From: a virus
Lineage: Duplodnaviria; Caudoviricetes
IMG/VR virus record: IMGVR_UViG_3300020366_000001
Location: 32,001 to 96,000 of that record
DNA: 64,000 bases
Strand: one strand, 5' to 3'
Shown: positions 8,867 to 18,247 of the stretch, piece by piece
Layout of the letters: each line of letters begins with the position of its first letter
Numbering within the stretch: the stretch's first letter is position 1
Notes under the pieces: model-generated
What the model saw: the letters and a program-made list of their open reading frames with translations, nothing else
Told to the model about the DNA's origin: nothing
The model's database searches: none
Translations under genes and position numbers: made by a program

Positions 8867-10617
8867 TCTTCGTTAAGGGGTAAACTTTCTGGTCCTCCAG
8901 TTTCCAAAACTTCCATCTTGGAAAAGTTTTGCGGTTTAGAAAACTGCAATACTCTCTGGAATTTATCGTTTAAGTTATCTCTATGTGAAATAACATACAC
9001 ATTAGATTTATCATTGAAAGTTCTCAAAATGAATGACAATTCATCGGAACCTACGGTATCAAGTGATCCATCAAAGATCTCATCGAGGATGAGGAGGTTA
9101 GTATCCACGCTATTCTTAAGCTTAGCAACAGCACGCCAAGTGAGCAACAGACTGATATCAATACGAGCTTTCTCTCCCTCTGAGAAATTTTCATAAGAGA
9201 ACTCATCGATGTAACGTGACTTCAGAACTTCTTTGAACTCTTCATCCAGAGTGAAGTTACAGAAGAATTGCAACTTATTTAAGTTCTGGTTGATGAGTTT
9301 GTTCATCACTGGGAGATACTTCTTAATGATTCTAGTTTTGATACCAGAGTCCTTAAGAAGCAATCCCGCTGTGAGATGAAGATCGAGTTGCCTCTTAGAT
9401 TCTACAAGGTCATTGATCACAACCTTCAGAGTCTCCTTCATCTCGTACAGCTTCTTAGCTTCTGCATCGACAGAGGAATCGTCTTCCAGCAGGTTTTTGA
9501 TATCCCGCTGCAGACTTTTCCTCTGCCCATCCAGCGTGGTTATCACCCCCTCTTGTGTGTATACGTTTTCTGTGCAAGTACGAATGGCATCTTGATACTC
9601 CTTTAATTCATTCAGAGGTGAAACAATGTCATTAAGACGGTGATCGATGTCAGCATACGCTGCTTCGATCTCTCGGATCTTTCCATCAAGGGTTTCGATC
9701 TGCTCAAGTTTAAAGTCTCCACTAATCGTTTGCTTACACGTCGGACAATGATCCGTTTCTTGATAGAAACGTTTGTCTCCCGCGATTTTAGAAACTCTGC
9801 GTTGTAAACGTATACGTAGATCCTTTAGATCATTGCGACGCTTCTCTGGATTATCCAGAGCAAGGACCTGCTCAGTGATCTGTGCAATCATTTTGTTAGA
9901 GTCAGAAATTTGTTCTCTGCACAGTTCCTGCCGCTTAAGAATGTCACGCAGTTTAGTTTTTCGTTCTTCGATATCTTTGTTTTTCTTCTCCTCTAGTTGC
10001 TCTAGGAATCCTGTCTGTAGTTCAATCTTCTCTTTAACACTCGTAGAATTCATCTCGTGCACGTGCACGCTTTCTTTGATAGATTTTGTGCGGGTCTTAA
10101 GAACCTCGTTCATTGATGAGAAGACATTAATATCTAGCAGATCTTCAATGATCTCTCTACGCTGTGCCAAAGGAAGACGCATAAAAGGCACGAACGTAGA
10201 AGAACCAAGAACTACAATCTGAGTGAAAGACTTGTAGTTTAGTTTAAGGATATTTTTTTCTAAGTTCTTTTGTTGCTCATTAGCATTTGAGTTCTGATCA
10301 AACATCTTACCGTTCTCATAGATCTCAAAAATATTTGGTTTGATACCGCGCCGAATCAAATATTGTTTCTTTCCAATCTGAAACTCTACCTCAACCAAAG
10401 TGCCTTTCTCGTTGACACTGTTGATGAGTTGCGCTTTGTTAATTTTACGGAATGGTTTTCCAAATAGACTAAAGGTAAAGGCATCTAGAATTGTAGACTT
10501 ACCAGCACCGTTAGTACCAACAATTAAGTTTGTACGAGACCCTGTGATATTAACTTCAGTAAAAGAATCACCCGTGCTCAGGAGGTTTTTCCATCGGATT
10601 TTTTGGAACAGGATCAT
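8863..10617 (-). CDS. gp46: Recombination nuclease ATPase subunit gp46 (Rad50/SbcC-like)
   Basis: GTNGAGKS, zinc hook CPTC, FSEGEK signature, LILDEIFD. Confidence 0.96.
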   Translation of the reverse strand: MILFQKIRWKNLLSTGDSFTEVNITGSRTNLIVGTNGAGKSTILDAFTFSLFGKPFRKINKAQLINSVNEKGTLVEVEFQIGKKQYLIRRGIKPNIFEIYENGKMFDQNSNANEQQKNLEKNILKLNYKSFTQIVVLGSSTFVPFMRLPLAQRREIIEDLLDINVFSSMNEVLKTRTKSIKESVHVHEMNSTSVKEKIELQTGFLEQLEEKKNKDIEERKTKLRDILKRQELCREQISDSNKMIAQITEQVLALDNPEKRRNDLKDLRIRLQRRVSKIAGDKRFYQETDHCPTCKQTISGDFKLEQIETLDGKIREIEAAYADIDHRLNDIVSPLNELKEYQDAIRTCTENVYTQEGVITTLDGQRKSLQRDIKNLLEDDSSVDAEAKKLYEMKETLKVVINDLVESKRQLDLHLTAGLLLKDSGIKTRIIKKYLPVMNKLINQNLNKLQFFCNFTLDEEFKEVLKSRYIDEFSYENFSEGEKARIDISLLLTWRAVAKLKNSVDTNLLILDEIFDGSLDTVGSDELSFILRTFNDKSNVYVISHRDNLNDKFQRVLQFSKPQNFSKMEVLETGGPESLPLNEE

Positions 10618-10870
10618 CTTGAGGTGGAATAACTAATTCGTCAGGAGTAATAATACTGTACTTGCAGTTCGCTGTTTCGCAAGTTGCGATCAGAGTATGG
10701 TCATCAATTTCCTGAACCGACATAGGCGGGAAATCTTCTGCTTCCAGGAGTCCAGCATACCTCATTGCGTCATCTTTGTCAACAAAAAGGTACAGCACGT
10801 TTTCACCGTCAGCGTCGTGAACTGCGTATGCTCCTTCTTCTTGGTGTTCTGACAGCGTTAAGAGGAACAT
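10568..10870 (-). CDS. DUF3110-like protein
   Basis: VLYLFVDKDDAMRYAGLLEAEDFP resembles cyanobacterial DUF3110. Confidence 0.65.
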   Translation of the reverse strand: MFLLTLSEHQEEGAYAVHDADGENVLYLFVDKDDAMRYAGLLEAEDFPPMSVQEIDDHTLIATCETANCKYSIITPDELVIPPQDDPVPKNPMEKPPEHG

Positions 10871-11913
10871 TAAACCACTTCACAACTTTCAATATATAGG
10901 GATTTCATCAAATGTTTCAAATCTGACTTGTCTACGGGAACCTCTACATCATCGAGATACTCATCTAGTAGTGTCAGAGTATCCTTCACATCAATATCAT
11001 CTGCTTCAGGATCATCAAAGACTCCAACTTTTTCTACAATCTTGACATCCAGTGCTCCAGCATCAATAACACTGTTGAGCATATGTTCAAACTGTGTGTA
11101 GTTAGTCTTCTGTTCTACGATAACCTTAACATACTTATCAGTGTAGAACGAGGGATCAACATCTGCTGTGTTCTTAGTGTCATCCCAATATATTTTTGCA
11201 AAAATCTCATATGGATTCTTAACCATCCGATACTTTAAAGTCTCAGTATCAAAGATGTGGAATCCTCTTACATCCCCGTAGTCATTCCAGTACAACTGAT
11301 ACGGGTTGCCTAAGTAAGTAACGTTACCTTTACTGTTCTTGTGGTGGAAGTGACCACTCAATACAGTATCAAAGTTAGCAAATAGGTTAGAATCCATTCC
11401 GTGCTCATAACGGAATCCAGGACGACAAAGATAACCATTGAGTTCAAGGTGACCCATTGCAACCTTTGAGGTGCTGTTACGAATGGTTTTAATGGACAGG
11501 TCATAATTCTCTGGGCAAATCCAAGGTACAAGTAGAATACTCGTTCCACCAATATTTACTTCTGTCGCATCCTGGTAGCAGTGCACATTGTCATACTCTG
11601 TAAGCAAAAGATCTAGAGTGTTGACATCGTTGGTGTTCTTATAGTATGCTGTATGGTTACCAACGCAAGTGTGTACCGTGACACCCATATCACGTAGGCG
11701 ATCGTAATAATTTTCTTTCGCCCACTGGAGCGTCACAAAATCGATACTCTTACGATTGTCAAAAGTATCTCCTAGATCCAAGACCGTTGTGATCTTGTGC
11801 TTCTTGAGATAGGGGAAGAAAACGTTATCGTAAAACTTCTGATAGAAGTCTAGATAAATTTGACTTCCCTTGTGACTACCAAAGTGTTGGTCGGTGATTA
11901 CCGCAACCTTCAT
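10870..11913 (-). CDS. gp47: Recombination nuclease subunit gp47 (Mre11/SbcD-like)
   Basis: ITDQHFG, LGDTFDNRK, GNH and SGHFH phosphoesterase motifs. Confidence 0.96.
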   Translation of the reverse strand: MKVAVITDQHFGSHKGSQIYLDFYQKFYDNVFFPYLKKHKITTVLDLGDTFDNRKSIDFVTLQWAKENYYDRLRDMGVTVHTCVGNHTAYYKNTNDVNTLDLLLTEYDNVHCYQDATEVNIGGTSILLVPWICPENYDLSIKTIRNSTSKVAMGHLELNGYLCRPGFRYEHGMDSNLFANFDTVLSGHFHHKNSKGNVTYLGNPYQLYWNDYGDVRGFHIFDTETLKYRMVKNPYEIFAKIYWDDTKNTADVDPSFYTDKYVKVIVEQKTNYTQFEHMLNSVIDAGALDVKIVEKVGVFDDPEADDIDVKDTLTLLDEYLDDVEVPVDKSDLKHLMKSLYIESCEVV

Positions 11914-12401
11914 CTCGACATTCTAATTTCGATATTTTCTTTGATCGAGTTCAGACCAGAATCAGAATCGTTCATACCTGCCATACTACCATCAAATCTA
12001 TCTGAGTGCAACACTTCTGAGTATCCGCAACGTTCGATAATCTTAGACTTGATTTCTAGTTGCTTCTTTTCTTTCTGGATCTTACGGAGAAAGGCGTAGT
12101 AGATAATCTGGGTGAAGTACGCGAAAGGGTTAGAAGACTTGGCAGGATCAAAGTTGTCCACGTACTGCAAGCAGTTTTCAATACCATCGCAAACCATATC
12201 CTCTCGGAACATATAGTTGACGAAGTTTGGTTTGTATGATAGATGCGTTGCAATCTTCAGAAAACACTCCGCAATATACTCTGGGAGACGAGGACGAGGG
12301 AGATCATTCTCAAGAGCAAAAGCCACCTTCTCCCGATACTCGACAATAGCAGCGAGAAACTCTTTATTGTTTACATAGTATTCGGTCTTGACTTTTGCCA
12401 T
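11910..12401 (-). CDS. gp55: Late sigma factor gp55
   Basis: YVNNKEF, LSYKPNF.NY..REDM..DGIE, NPFAYFTQI.YYAFLR.I.KEK. Confidence 0.96.
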   Translation of the reverse strand: MAKVKTEYYVNNKEFLAAIVEYREKVAFALENDLPRPRLPEYIAECFLKIATHLSYKPNFVNYMFREDMVCDGIENCLQYVDNFDPAKSSNPFAYFTQIIYYAFLRKIQKEKKQLEIKSKIIERCGYSEVLHSDRFDGSMAGMNDSDSGLNSIKENIEIRMSR

Positions 12402-12423
12402 ATGTCTTGTTTTTAATGTACTT

Positions 12424-12432
12424 ATTATAACA
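12424..12432 (-). promoter_or_regulatory. Extended -10 promoter (TGT-TATAAT) for gp55
   Basis: Minus strand reads TGTTATAAT, about 23 nt upstream of the gp55 ATG. Confidence 0.55.
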
Positions 12433-12446
12433 CACTGCGCAAGGGC

Positions 12447-12475
12447 TTGACAGACCCTCTGTATATCTCTATAAT
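12447..12475 (+). promoter_or_regulatory. Consensus sigma70 promoter pointing antisense into the uvsW region
   Basis: TTGACA (12447-12452), 17-nt spacer, TATAAT (12470-12475). Confidence 0.75.
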
Positions 12476-12500
12476 AACAGTGTCGCTGTTGAGAAACAAA

Positions 12501-12920
12501 CTAGGTTCTATAGAGCTTCTCAAATAACTTTCTTGCTTTTTTAATTGAACCTTGGTGTCCCATCTCTCTTGAGGGTTTGATGCGATTCGGGACGGAAGCG
12601 CGATACACATATTCAATATTATCATCATAGAAAGAAACGATTGACGGACTCGCTTCAGTCATCGTTACTATTTTATCACGATGCATAACAAACACCTCGT
12701 GTGGTTCCATACAGGACTTTAACCATAAGTCAAGTTTGAAACCTTTCATAACAGTATTTTTATCAGGACCCTCCCGCGAGTTTGCAGATTCAACTTGCAT
12801 AGGGTTCTGGAGGAGAACTAATCCAGGATTGTCATCGTCATATGAGACGATTGAGATTATCTCCTCACCAGTTGTTAATTTTATAATTGCAGTAAATGGA
12901 TCTGATAATGGATCTTGCAT
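12501..12920 (-). CDS. Conserved T4-like hypothetical protein downstream of uvsW (small beta-barrel-like)
   Basis: AIIKLTTGEEII...LQNPM..., at a syntenic position. Confidence 0.75.
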   Translation of the reverse strand: MQDPLSDPFTAIIKLTTGEEIISIVSYDDDNPGLVLLQNPMQVESANSREGPDKNTVMKGFKLDLWLKSCMEPHEVFVMHRDKIVTMTEASPSIVSFYDDNIEYVYRASVPNRIKPSREMGHQGSIKKARKLFEKLYRT

Positions 12921-12923
12921 AGG

Positions 12924-14381
12924 CTAGAAACGCGATCGTACTTTAATGATTTCATAGTCAAAATTTTCGGAAGCATAAATTTTGATTCGTTCTTCAAAAT
13001 GTTTATATGTAAAGTTCTTCCATTCTCCCCGCGTGATATCATCAGCGATATCATAGAGAGTTGCTACGTGCTTATCTTTAGACTTTCTCAACACCCGTCC
13101 AATGGACTGCAAGTTGCGAATACGCGACTTGGAGGGTGAGGCAAAAATGACGTTGTGTAACTTTTTGATGTTGATCCCTGTAGAGAAAGTTCCATACGAA
13201 GCAACGATTACTGCGTTGCTCTCTACCTCAGTGATCCTGCGGACTTCTTCTCTATCCTCTACATCAACACCGCCGTGAACGAAAAATACTTTCCGCTCTG
13301 TGCTATTATTTATCAACTTATAAAGTGGTTCTCCGTGACGCTCCACGTAGTTGAACAGAACTAGCGTGTTTCCTGACAAATCATTGACAAGATTTTTGAT
13401 TAGGTTGTTCCGTTTTGGGTGTGTAATCAAGTAATCAATCTCATCTTGATACGAATCAAACGTACCCCATTCGTGCTTGAGCACTAGACATTTTACTTTA
13501 AGTGGAGTAAGATGACCGTCTTGCATAAGGTCTTTTGTTTTGACCAGTTGTTCACACGGTCCAAAGAGTCCTTCCAAGATCCACTTGTGAGTGAGGGTGC
13601 CGTCAAGCGTACCTGTAAAACCAATCCTATGTTTACACCCGTGCAACTTAGTCATAATCTTAGTTAGGGATTTGGATTTAAACAGGTGCGCTTCGTCCCC
13701 AATTACACAGTCAAATTTTTCAAACCACTTGCGCGGTTCTTTGTAGATGGATTGCCAAGTAGTAATTACTACGTTAGAATCAACGTACTTATCCGCTCCT
13801 GCATAAATCTTGTGACAATGCTTTTCGGCATTCCAACCGTACTCTTCAAAGTCTTTGTACATCTGTTCTACCAAACTTGTGGTTGGAACAATGAGCAGAA
13901 CTTTGCGACCTTGAGCAACGTGGAATCTTGCGATGCCGTAAACCATCAGAGACTTGCCACTAGCAGTGGGAGACAGCAGCAGTTTGCGATTATATTTCAA
14001 CGCTTTGTAGACACCTTCAATCTGGTAGATTCTGGGTTCCAGATGGGTGATCTTCTGCATAAATGTACGAATACCAGCTTGAGTGATATGCTTGTTTTCT
14101 TCGTACGGCAATCCAAAGTATTCGTTATCCTCAAACTCCAGAGAGTATTTCATCGTACGGCACCACTCGTAGATGTGTTCCGTCAACCCTCCGTAGATCT
14201 CACCATTGCCTGGTGAGTATAGACGAATCTTTCCATCCCATACCCTATTACGATACAAGGGCATAAATTTTGCTTCGGGAACCTCAAAGGTAAAATACTC
14301 TGAGAGTTCCCTATGAATATGAGGTTCTGCTTTAACTACGTTGTAGACCTCATTTTTCTTTTGGAGTTTAATGTCCGCCAC
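12924..14381 (-). CDS. uvsW: UvsW SF2 helicase
   Basis: WDGKIRL, SPTASGKS, GDEAH, GFTGTL, QSIGRVLR; GTG start chosen. Confidence 0.96.
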   Translation of the reverse strand: MADIKLQKKNEVYNVVKAEPHIHRELSEYFTFEVPEAKFMPLYRNRVWDGKIRLYSPGNGEIYGGLTEHIYEWCRTMKYSLEFEDNEYFGLPYEENKHITQAGIRTFMQKITHLEPRIYQIEGVYKALKYNRKLLLSPTASGKSLMVYGIARFHVAQGRKVLLIVPTTSLVEQMYKDFEEYGWNAEKHCHKIYAGADKYVDSNVVITTWQSIYKEPRKWFEKFDCVIGDEAHLFKSKSLTKIMTKLHGCKHRIGFTGTLDGTLTHKWILEGLFGPCEQLVKTKDLMQDGHLTPLKVKCLVLKHEWGTFDSYQDEIDYLITHPKRNNLIKNLVNDLSGNTLVLFNYVERHGEPLYKLINNSTERKVFFVHGGVDVEDREEVRRITEVESNAVIVASYGTFSTGINIKKLHNVIFASPSKSRIRNLQSIGRVLRKSKDKHVATLYDIADDITRGEWKNFTYKHFEERIKIYASENFDYEIIKVRSRF

Positions 14382-14814
14382 TTCTAAATTTCTCCCACTC
14401 AATAGCGTTTTTAATTTGATATTGACGGGCAGAGATTTGTTTTAGAACAGATTCTAAAAAATACAGAATCATTTCAAAGTACTTTATCTTCGCAGTAACC
14501 TTTGCAAGGTCTTCATCTGCGTCAAGAAACATCTCCACTTCATCTTTGGTCGTCAGCTTTAGATCAAAAGGAATATCCTTGTATGCTGAAGCAGGCGCTT
14601 TCTTTTTGTAATACATCCATTTTTCTTTGACCAAGAACTTGTACGCAAATTCTTGATCGATCATCTTTGATTTGTAATCGCAATACAACTCCAGGTACTT
14701 AGAGTGTAAGTATGGAGTTTCGTTGCACGCTTTTAAAAAATCAGGATAACCATCATTACCATCTAGGATAGTGGAATCAGACTTCCACATCTCCTTCAAA
14801 TTATCAAGGGACAT
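14368..14814 (-). CDS. uvsY: UvsY recombination mediator
   Basis: PYLHSKYL...YQIKNAIEW.KF; lies between gp3 and uvsW. Confidence 0.88.
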   Translation of the reverse strand: MSLDNLKEMWKSDSTILDGNDGYPDFLKACNETPYLHSKYLELYCDYKSKMIDQEFAYKFLVKEKWMYYKKKAPASAYKDIPFDLKLTTKDEVEMFLDADEDLAKVTAKIKYFEMILYFLESVLKQISARQYQIKNAIEWEKFRSGGH

Positions 14815-15325
14815 ACTTTTGTGATGATGTATTTAAGAATTCATAGAACGAGTATTTGAATGTCACCGTTCCTACTAAGTATTCTACATCGTTTGCTCCC
14901 GCGTTGAAAGGGAGTGTAGATAGACTTACGGGAAATAAGTCGGAGAAATTGACAACAAAATTGGTATTAAATTGGTTGGTGAGAACGAACAGTTGAGCGT
15001 TACTCATTACTGCATCGTCCTTGTCATCTGGTTCGTACGCCAATGTCGTATCGTTAATCCAGTTCCAGATAGACAAATAATTTTTTAGATCTTCATCAAC
15101 TAGAAACTGCACGCTCAAGTCACCAAAGGTGGTACCGCCTGCAGCAGGGATAGGAAGACGACGACGTGCCGTACTTACTTCATTGACAACACCAGTGATC
15201 TCTGGGATGTTTGCTGCCTGACAGAAAAAACTGCAATGCGGAAACTTTTCAATCTTCAGTTTAAATCCAACTGGAGATAGAAAGTTTCTGTTATCAGGTT
15301 GTTCTGCCATCCATTGTGCAGACAT
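14804..15325 (-). CDS. gp3: Tail completion / sheath stabiliser gp3
   Basis: NRNFLSPVGF, FFCQAANIP, FLVDEDLKNY, LFPVSLS. Confidence 0.9.
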   Translation of the reverse strand: MSAQWMAEQPDNRNFLSPVGFKLKIEKFPHCSFFCQAANIPEITGVVNEVSTARRRLPIPAAGGTTFGDLSVQFLVDEDLKNYLSIWNWINDTTLAYEPDDKDDAVMSNAQLFVLTNQFNTNFVVNFSDLFPVSLSTLPFNAGANDVEYLVGTVTFKYSFYEFLNTSSQKYVP

Positions 15326-15349
15326 AATCTCAGACGACCACTACATTCT

Positions 15350-15356
15350 TATTTAT
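15350..15356 (-). promoter_or_regulatory. Late promoter ATAAATA (gp3)
   Basis: T4-type late -10 box about 25 nt upstream of the ATG. Confidence 0.7.
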
Positions 15357-15562
15357 CAGGCATTTAAAACCCAATTTTCAGCATAGTCCTCAGCGTCACA
15401 ACGATGGACAAACTTGCGGAGAATTAAAGTTTCAGTTGGTTCTGTTTCTTGATCTATACCAACTACAGCATACCTACTAGATCGACTGGAAGTTCGCACT
15501 ACAGTTGCTTCCTTCATTCCATTGTCACTGAAATACGTTACGATTTTTTCTTCTACTTGCAT
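15356..15562 (-). CDS. Small hypothetical protein
   Basis: MQVEEKIVTYFSDNGMKEATVV...AEDYAENWVLNA; the upstream extension of the track ORF is spurious. Confidence 0.6.
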   Translation of the reverse strand: MQVEEKIVTYFSDNGMKEATVVRTSSRSSRYAVVGIDQETEPTETLILRKFVHRCDAEDYAENWVLNA

Positions 15563-15577
15563 ACAATTTCTAGACAT

Positions 15578-15601
15578 AAAAAAGAGGGGCATACGCCCCT
15601 C
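15578..15601 (-). terminator. Rho-independent terminator after gp23
   Basis: GAGGGGC-GTAT-GCCCCTC followed by TTTTTT. Confidence 0.88.
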
Positions 15602-15627
15602 CAGTATAACGCAGTACTTGCGATGGA

Positions 15628-17067
15628 TCACATAAGGTTGCGAACCAGGACGCGACGATAGTACTGGTTGCGACCCAGACCGTTGGCACCCAGCAGATCT
15701 TCGCCCACAGCAGAACCATCTGCTTTGAACACGAAGGGGTTGGCGACCATACCGTAGCGGGTCTTGAAGCCGATCTTCGGCTGGAAGGAACCCTGATCCA
15801 CGGCGCGGACCATTTGCAGGGGCACGTAGGGGCAATAGAAGAGACCAGCGTCATAGGCGCTAGTGCCCTTATAACCAGCAACGTAGTAGTGGTCGTCAGA
15901 CAGGTTAGCGGAATAAGGATCCACATAGACCTTGACGCCACCGTTGAGAGTACCAACGAAGGTGTTGCCAGTGTCATCGGGCAGACCGTTGGTGCTCAGG
16001 GCGGGGGTGTAATCAAGCACACCAGCCATATTCAGAGCGGAAGCAACATCAGCAGAGCAGAGGATGAAGTTGCCCTTCCCTCTACGAGTTTGCTGTGCAA
16101 TAGCGTTGGCGTCACGCTCGATCTGATAGATCAGACCTTTGAACTTCTCAACACTCCAGCGACCGTTAGAGTCGGTGTCAAGGTTGAAGATGCCAGCGTT
16201 AGCAACGTTGTTCTGAGCACCGACCTTTGCTTGGAGATACACAGTACGGATCACTTCGCGGTTGATTTCAGCGAGGATCTCCGAAGACAGGATGTTGGAG
16301 AGTTCAGTCTCAGCATCCAGACCGTGGATCGCCTTGAGGTCTTGTGCCAGTTCCAAGGTGTACTCAGCTTTCAGAGCACGGGACTTGGCAGTGACCGACA
16401 CCTTGTCGATCGAGAATGCCATCTCGCGGAAGTCAGGAGATCCAGCAGATCCCAGTGCTTCCAGGTAGTCACGAGCAGAACCTTGGGTGTTCTCGTAACG
16501 GAAGTTACCAGAGGCATACGTGGTGCTATCGTTGAGGATAGCGGGGTTGTTACCTTCAGCAGTGTTGGTAGCAGCTGCAGCAGAGCCACTTCCATCGCCA
16601 CCACCACCTTCGCCAACGTGACCAGCGAGGGGGTTGTAGGCAGCACCACCAGAAGCATCGCCCACGGCAGAGAAACCAGGGTTAGGCTCGTTGAACAGTG
16701 CTTCTGCGCCGTCGCGATCGTTGTAGTGCGACTTCATTGCGAAGATCAGTCCAGTAGGACCGCTCATCGGTTGCACACCACACACGTCATAAGCGACGAG
16801 GTTAGGCATAGAACGACGGATCAGGCTGATCAGGATCGGGTCGAAACCAGCGAGACCAGAAGAACCGTGGGAAGATTTAAGACCGTCTGCACCAACGCTG
16901 TTGATGGGGGCGGCTTCGTTAAGCATTGAATGCTCTTCTTTCAGAGCACGCTCTTGGTTTTCAAGGAGTTGAGCGGTAACCTGCTTACGGTGTGAATCCT
17001 TAATCTCGGAGAGATCACCGTGATTCAGAACAGGTGCCCACTTCTCCTGCAGTTGACGGGTGTCCAT
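15628..17067 (-). CDS. gp23: Major capsid protein gp23
   Basis: LISLIRRSMPNL, GVQPMSGPTGLIFAM, KSRALKAEYT.ELAQDLKAIHGLDAE, FQPKIGFKTRYG. Confidence 0.99.
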   Translation of the reverse strand: MDTRQLQEKWAPVLNHGDLSEIKDSHRKQVTAQLLENQERALKEEHSMLNEAAPINSVGADGLKSSHGSSGLAGFDPILISLIRRSMPNLVAYDVCGVQPMSGPTGLIFAMKSHYNDRDGAEALFNEPNPGFSAVGDASGGAAYNPLAGHVGEGGGGDGSGSAAAATNTAEGNNPAILNDSTTYASGNFRYENTQGSARDYLEALGSAGSPDFREMAFSIDKVSVTAKSRALKAEYTLELAQDLKAIHGLDAETELSNILSSEILAEINREVIRTVYLQAKVGAQNNVANAGIFNLDTDSNGRWSVEKFKGLIYQIERDANAIAQQTRRGKGNFILCSADVASALNMAGVLDYTPALSTNGLPDDTGNTFVGTLNGGVKVYVDPYSANLSDDHYYVAGYKGTSAYDAGLFYCPYVPLQMVRAVDQGSFQPKIGFKTRYGMVANPFVFKADGSAVGEDLLGANGLGRNQYYRRVLVRNLM

Positions 17068-17103
17068 TTGCGGAATAGTTAGGGTTTGAATTTAATATAG
17101 AAA

Positions 17104-18195
17104 TCAGTTCTTATGAGAAGAAATTGCATTCAGATATGCTTGCATAACTGGTGCATACTCTTCAGAAACACCTTCAACAGGAGTCTCGACTTGCTCGGTT
17201 ACAGTAGCTTTGCTTTCCGAGAAGTAAGAACCCTTAATGGTGTTCAGCTTTTCTCTGTAAGTCTCTTCATCCTTGAAGGATACCGCTTCAGCGAGAGAAG
17301 CAAACTTCTCTTTCTGAGTGTCGGTGAGACCTTCGCTCATTTCGGCAACAATGCCGCCACGAGTGAATTCAGAGATGCGGGATGACAACTTCACATTCGC
17401 TTCAATCTGTTCGTTGAGGCGATCTTCCATTTCACGAAGGGAGACGTTCATAGATTCCAGAACATCTTCTTTGCCCTCAGGCACATCAATGTAGTGCTCA
17501 TCAAACAGGGACTTAAGTCCAGTGATGAACGACTCAGTGATCTCAACTTTGAGACCAGTGTCGATGGCGACTTGGTTCTCTTCGAGCCAACGCTCAGAAG
17601 TGTACTTCATCATTCCATCAACTTCTTCTGCCAAGGATGCACGAACTTTCTCGACTTCCTCAGCAAGCTTGGTGTTGTACTGTGACTCAAGTTCCTCAAC
17701 AATCGCACCAATCTTGGTCTTGACTGCTGCCTCAAAAATGGTGGCTGCCTTTTCAAGGAACTTCTCTGACAGTTCTTCGCCTTCTGCGAGTGCTGCAACG
17801 TCAGCACTGAGGTCCACTTCAATGTCCTCGCGACGGGTACCGTAACCGATTTTAGAATCGAGTTTGGGTTCAGAACCAGCAGGCTCATCTTTGCCATCGC
17901 CACGTGTCTGACCGTCAGATACGGCACCCTTGGTGGCGTTATCTTTCAGTTTGTTGGAATCATCTTGAGGATGATTGTGCGTGGGAGTAGGACCACCGAG
18001 ATCAGTAATAGACTGACCAGGGACCAGGGATGGATCGAGTTTGCCAGGAGTTTGATCGCCAGGTGCTGCTTTCGCATTCACTGCAGTTTTGGACTGAGTG
18101 GAAGGTGCAGCGGGCTCCGAGCCAGGCACCGTGCTGCTGGGGAGTTCCATTTCTGAAACCATCTCCTCAAACTTTTCGTTAATCAATTGGGACAT
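17104..18195 (-). CDS. gp22: Prohead core scaffold gp22
   Basis: KAATIFEAAV, WLEENQVAI..GLK.EI.ESF; position between gp21 and gp23. Confidence 0.93.
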   Translation of the reverse strand: MSQLINEKFEEMVSEMELPSSTVPGSEPAAPSTQSKTAVNAKAAPGDQTPGKLDPSLVPGQSITDLGGPTPTHNHPQDDSNKLKDNATKGAVSDGQTRGDGKDEPAGSEPKLDSKIGYGTRREDIEVDLSADVAALAEGEELSEKFLEKAATIFEAAVKTKIGAIVEELESQYNTKLAEEVEKVRASLAEEVDGMMKYTSERWLEENQVAIDTGLKVEITESFITGLKSLFDEHYIDVPEGKEDVLESMNVSLREMEDRLNEQIEANVKLSSRISEFTRGGIVAEMSEGLTDTQKEKFASLAEAVSFKDEETYREKLNTIKGSYFSESKATVTEQVETPVEGVSEEYAPVMQAYLNAISSHKN

Positions 18196-18237
18196 CGGAG
18201 TTAAACCTCTAAGCTTTACTTTTATTATGTCTAGAGT

Positions 18238-18245
18238 TATTTATA
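18238..18245 (-). promoter_or_regulatory. Late promoter TATAAATA (gp22-gp23)
   Basis: Exact T4 late consensus. Confidence 0.8.
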
Positions 18246-18247
18246 AA

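Noticed and set aside
15563-15835. Upstream extension of ORF 15356-15835
   Set aside because: It overlaps the gp23 end and crosses its terminator; only the last 68 aa or so are plausible.
15814-16929. 371-aa ORF antisense to gp23, and similar ORFs antisense to the 1792-aa gene and gp8
   Set aside because: Same antisense-shadow artefact.
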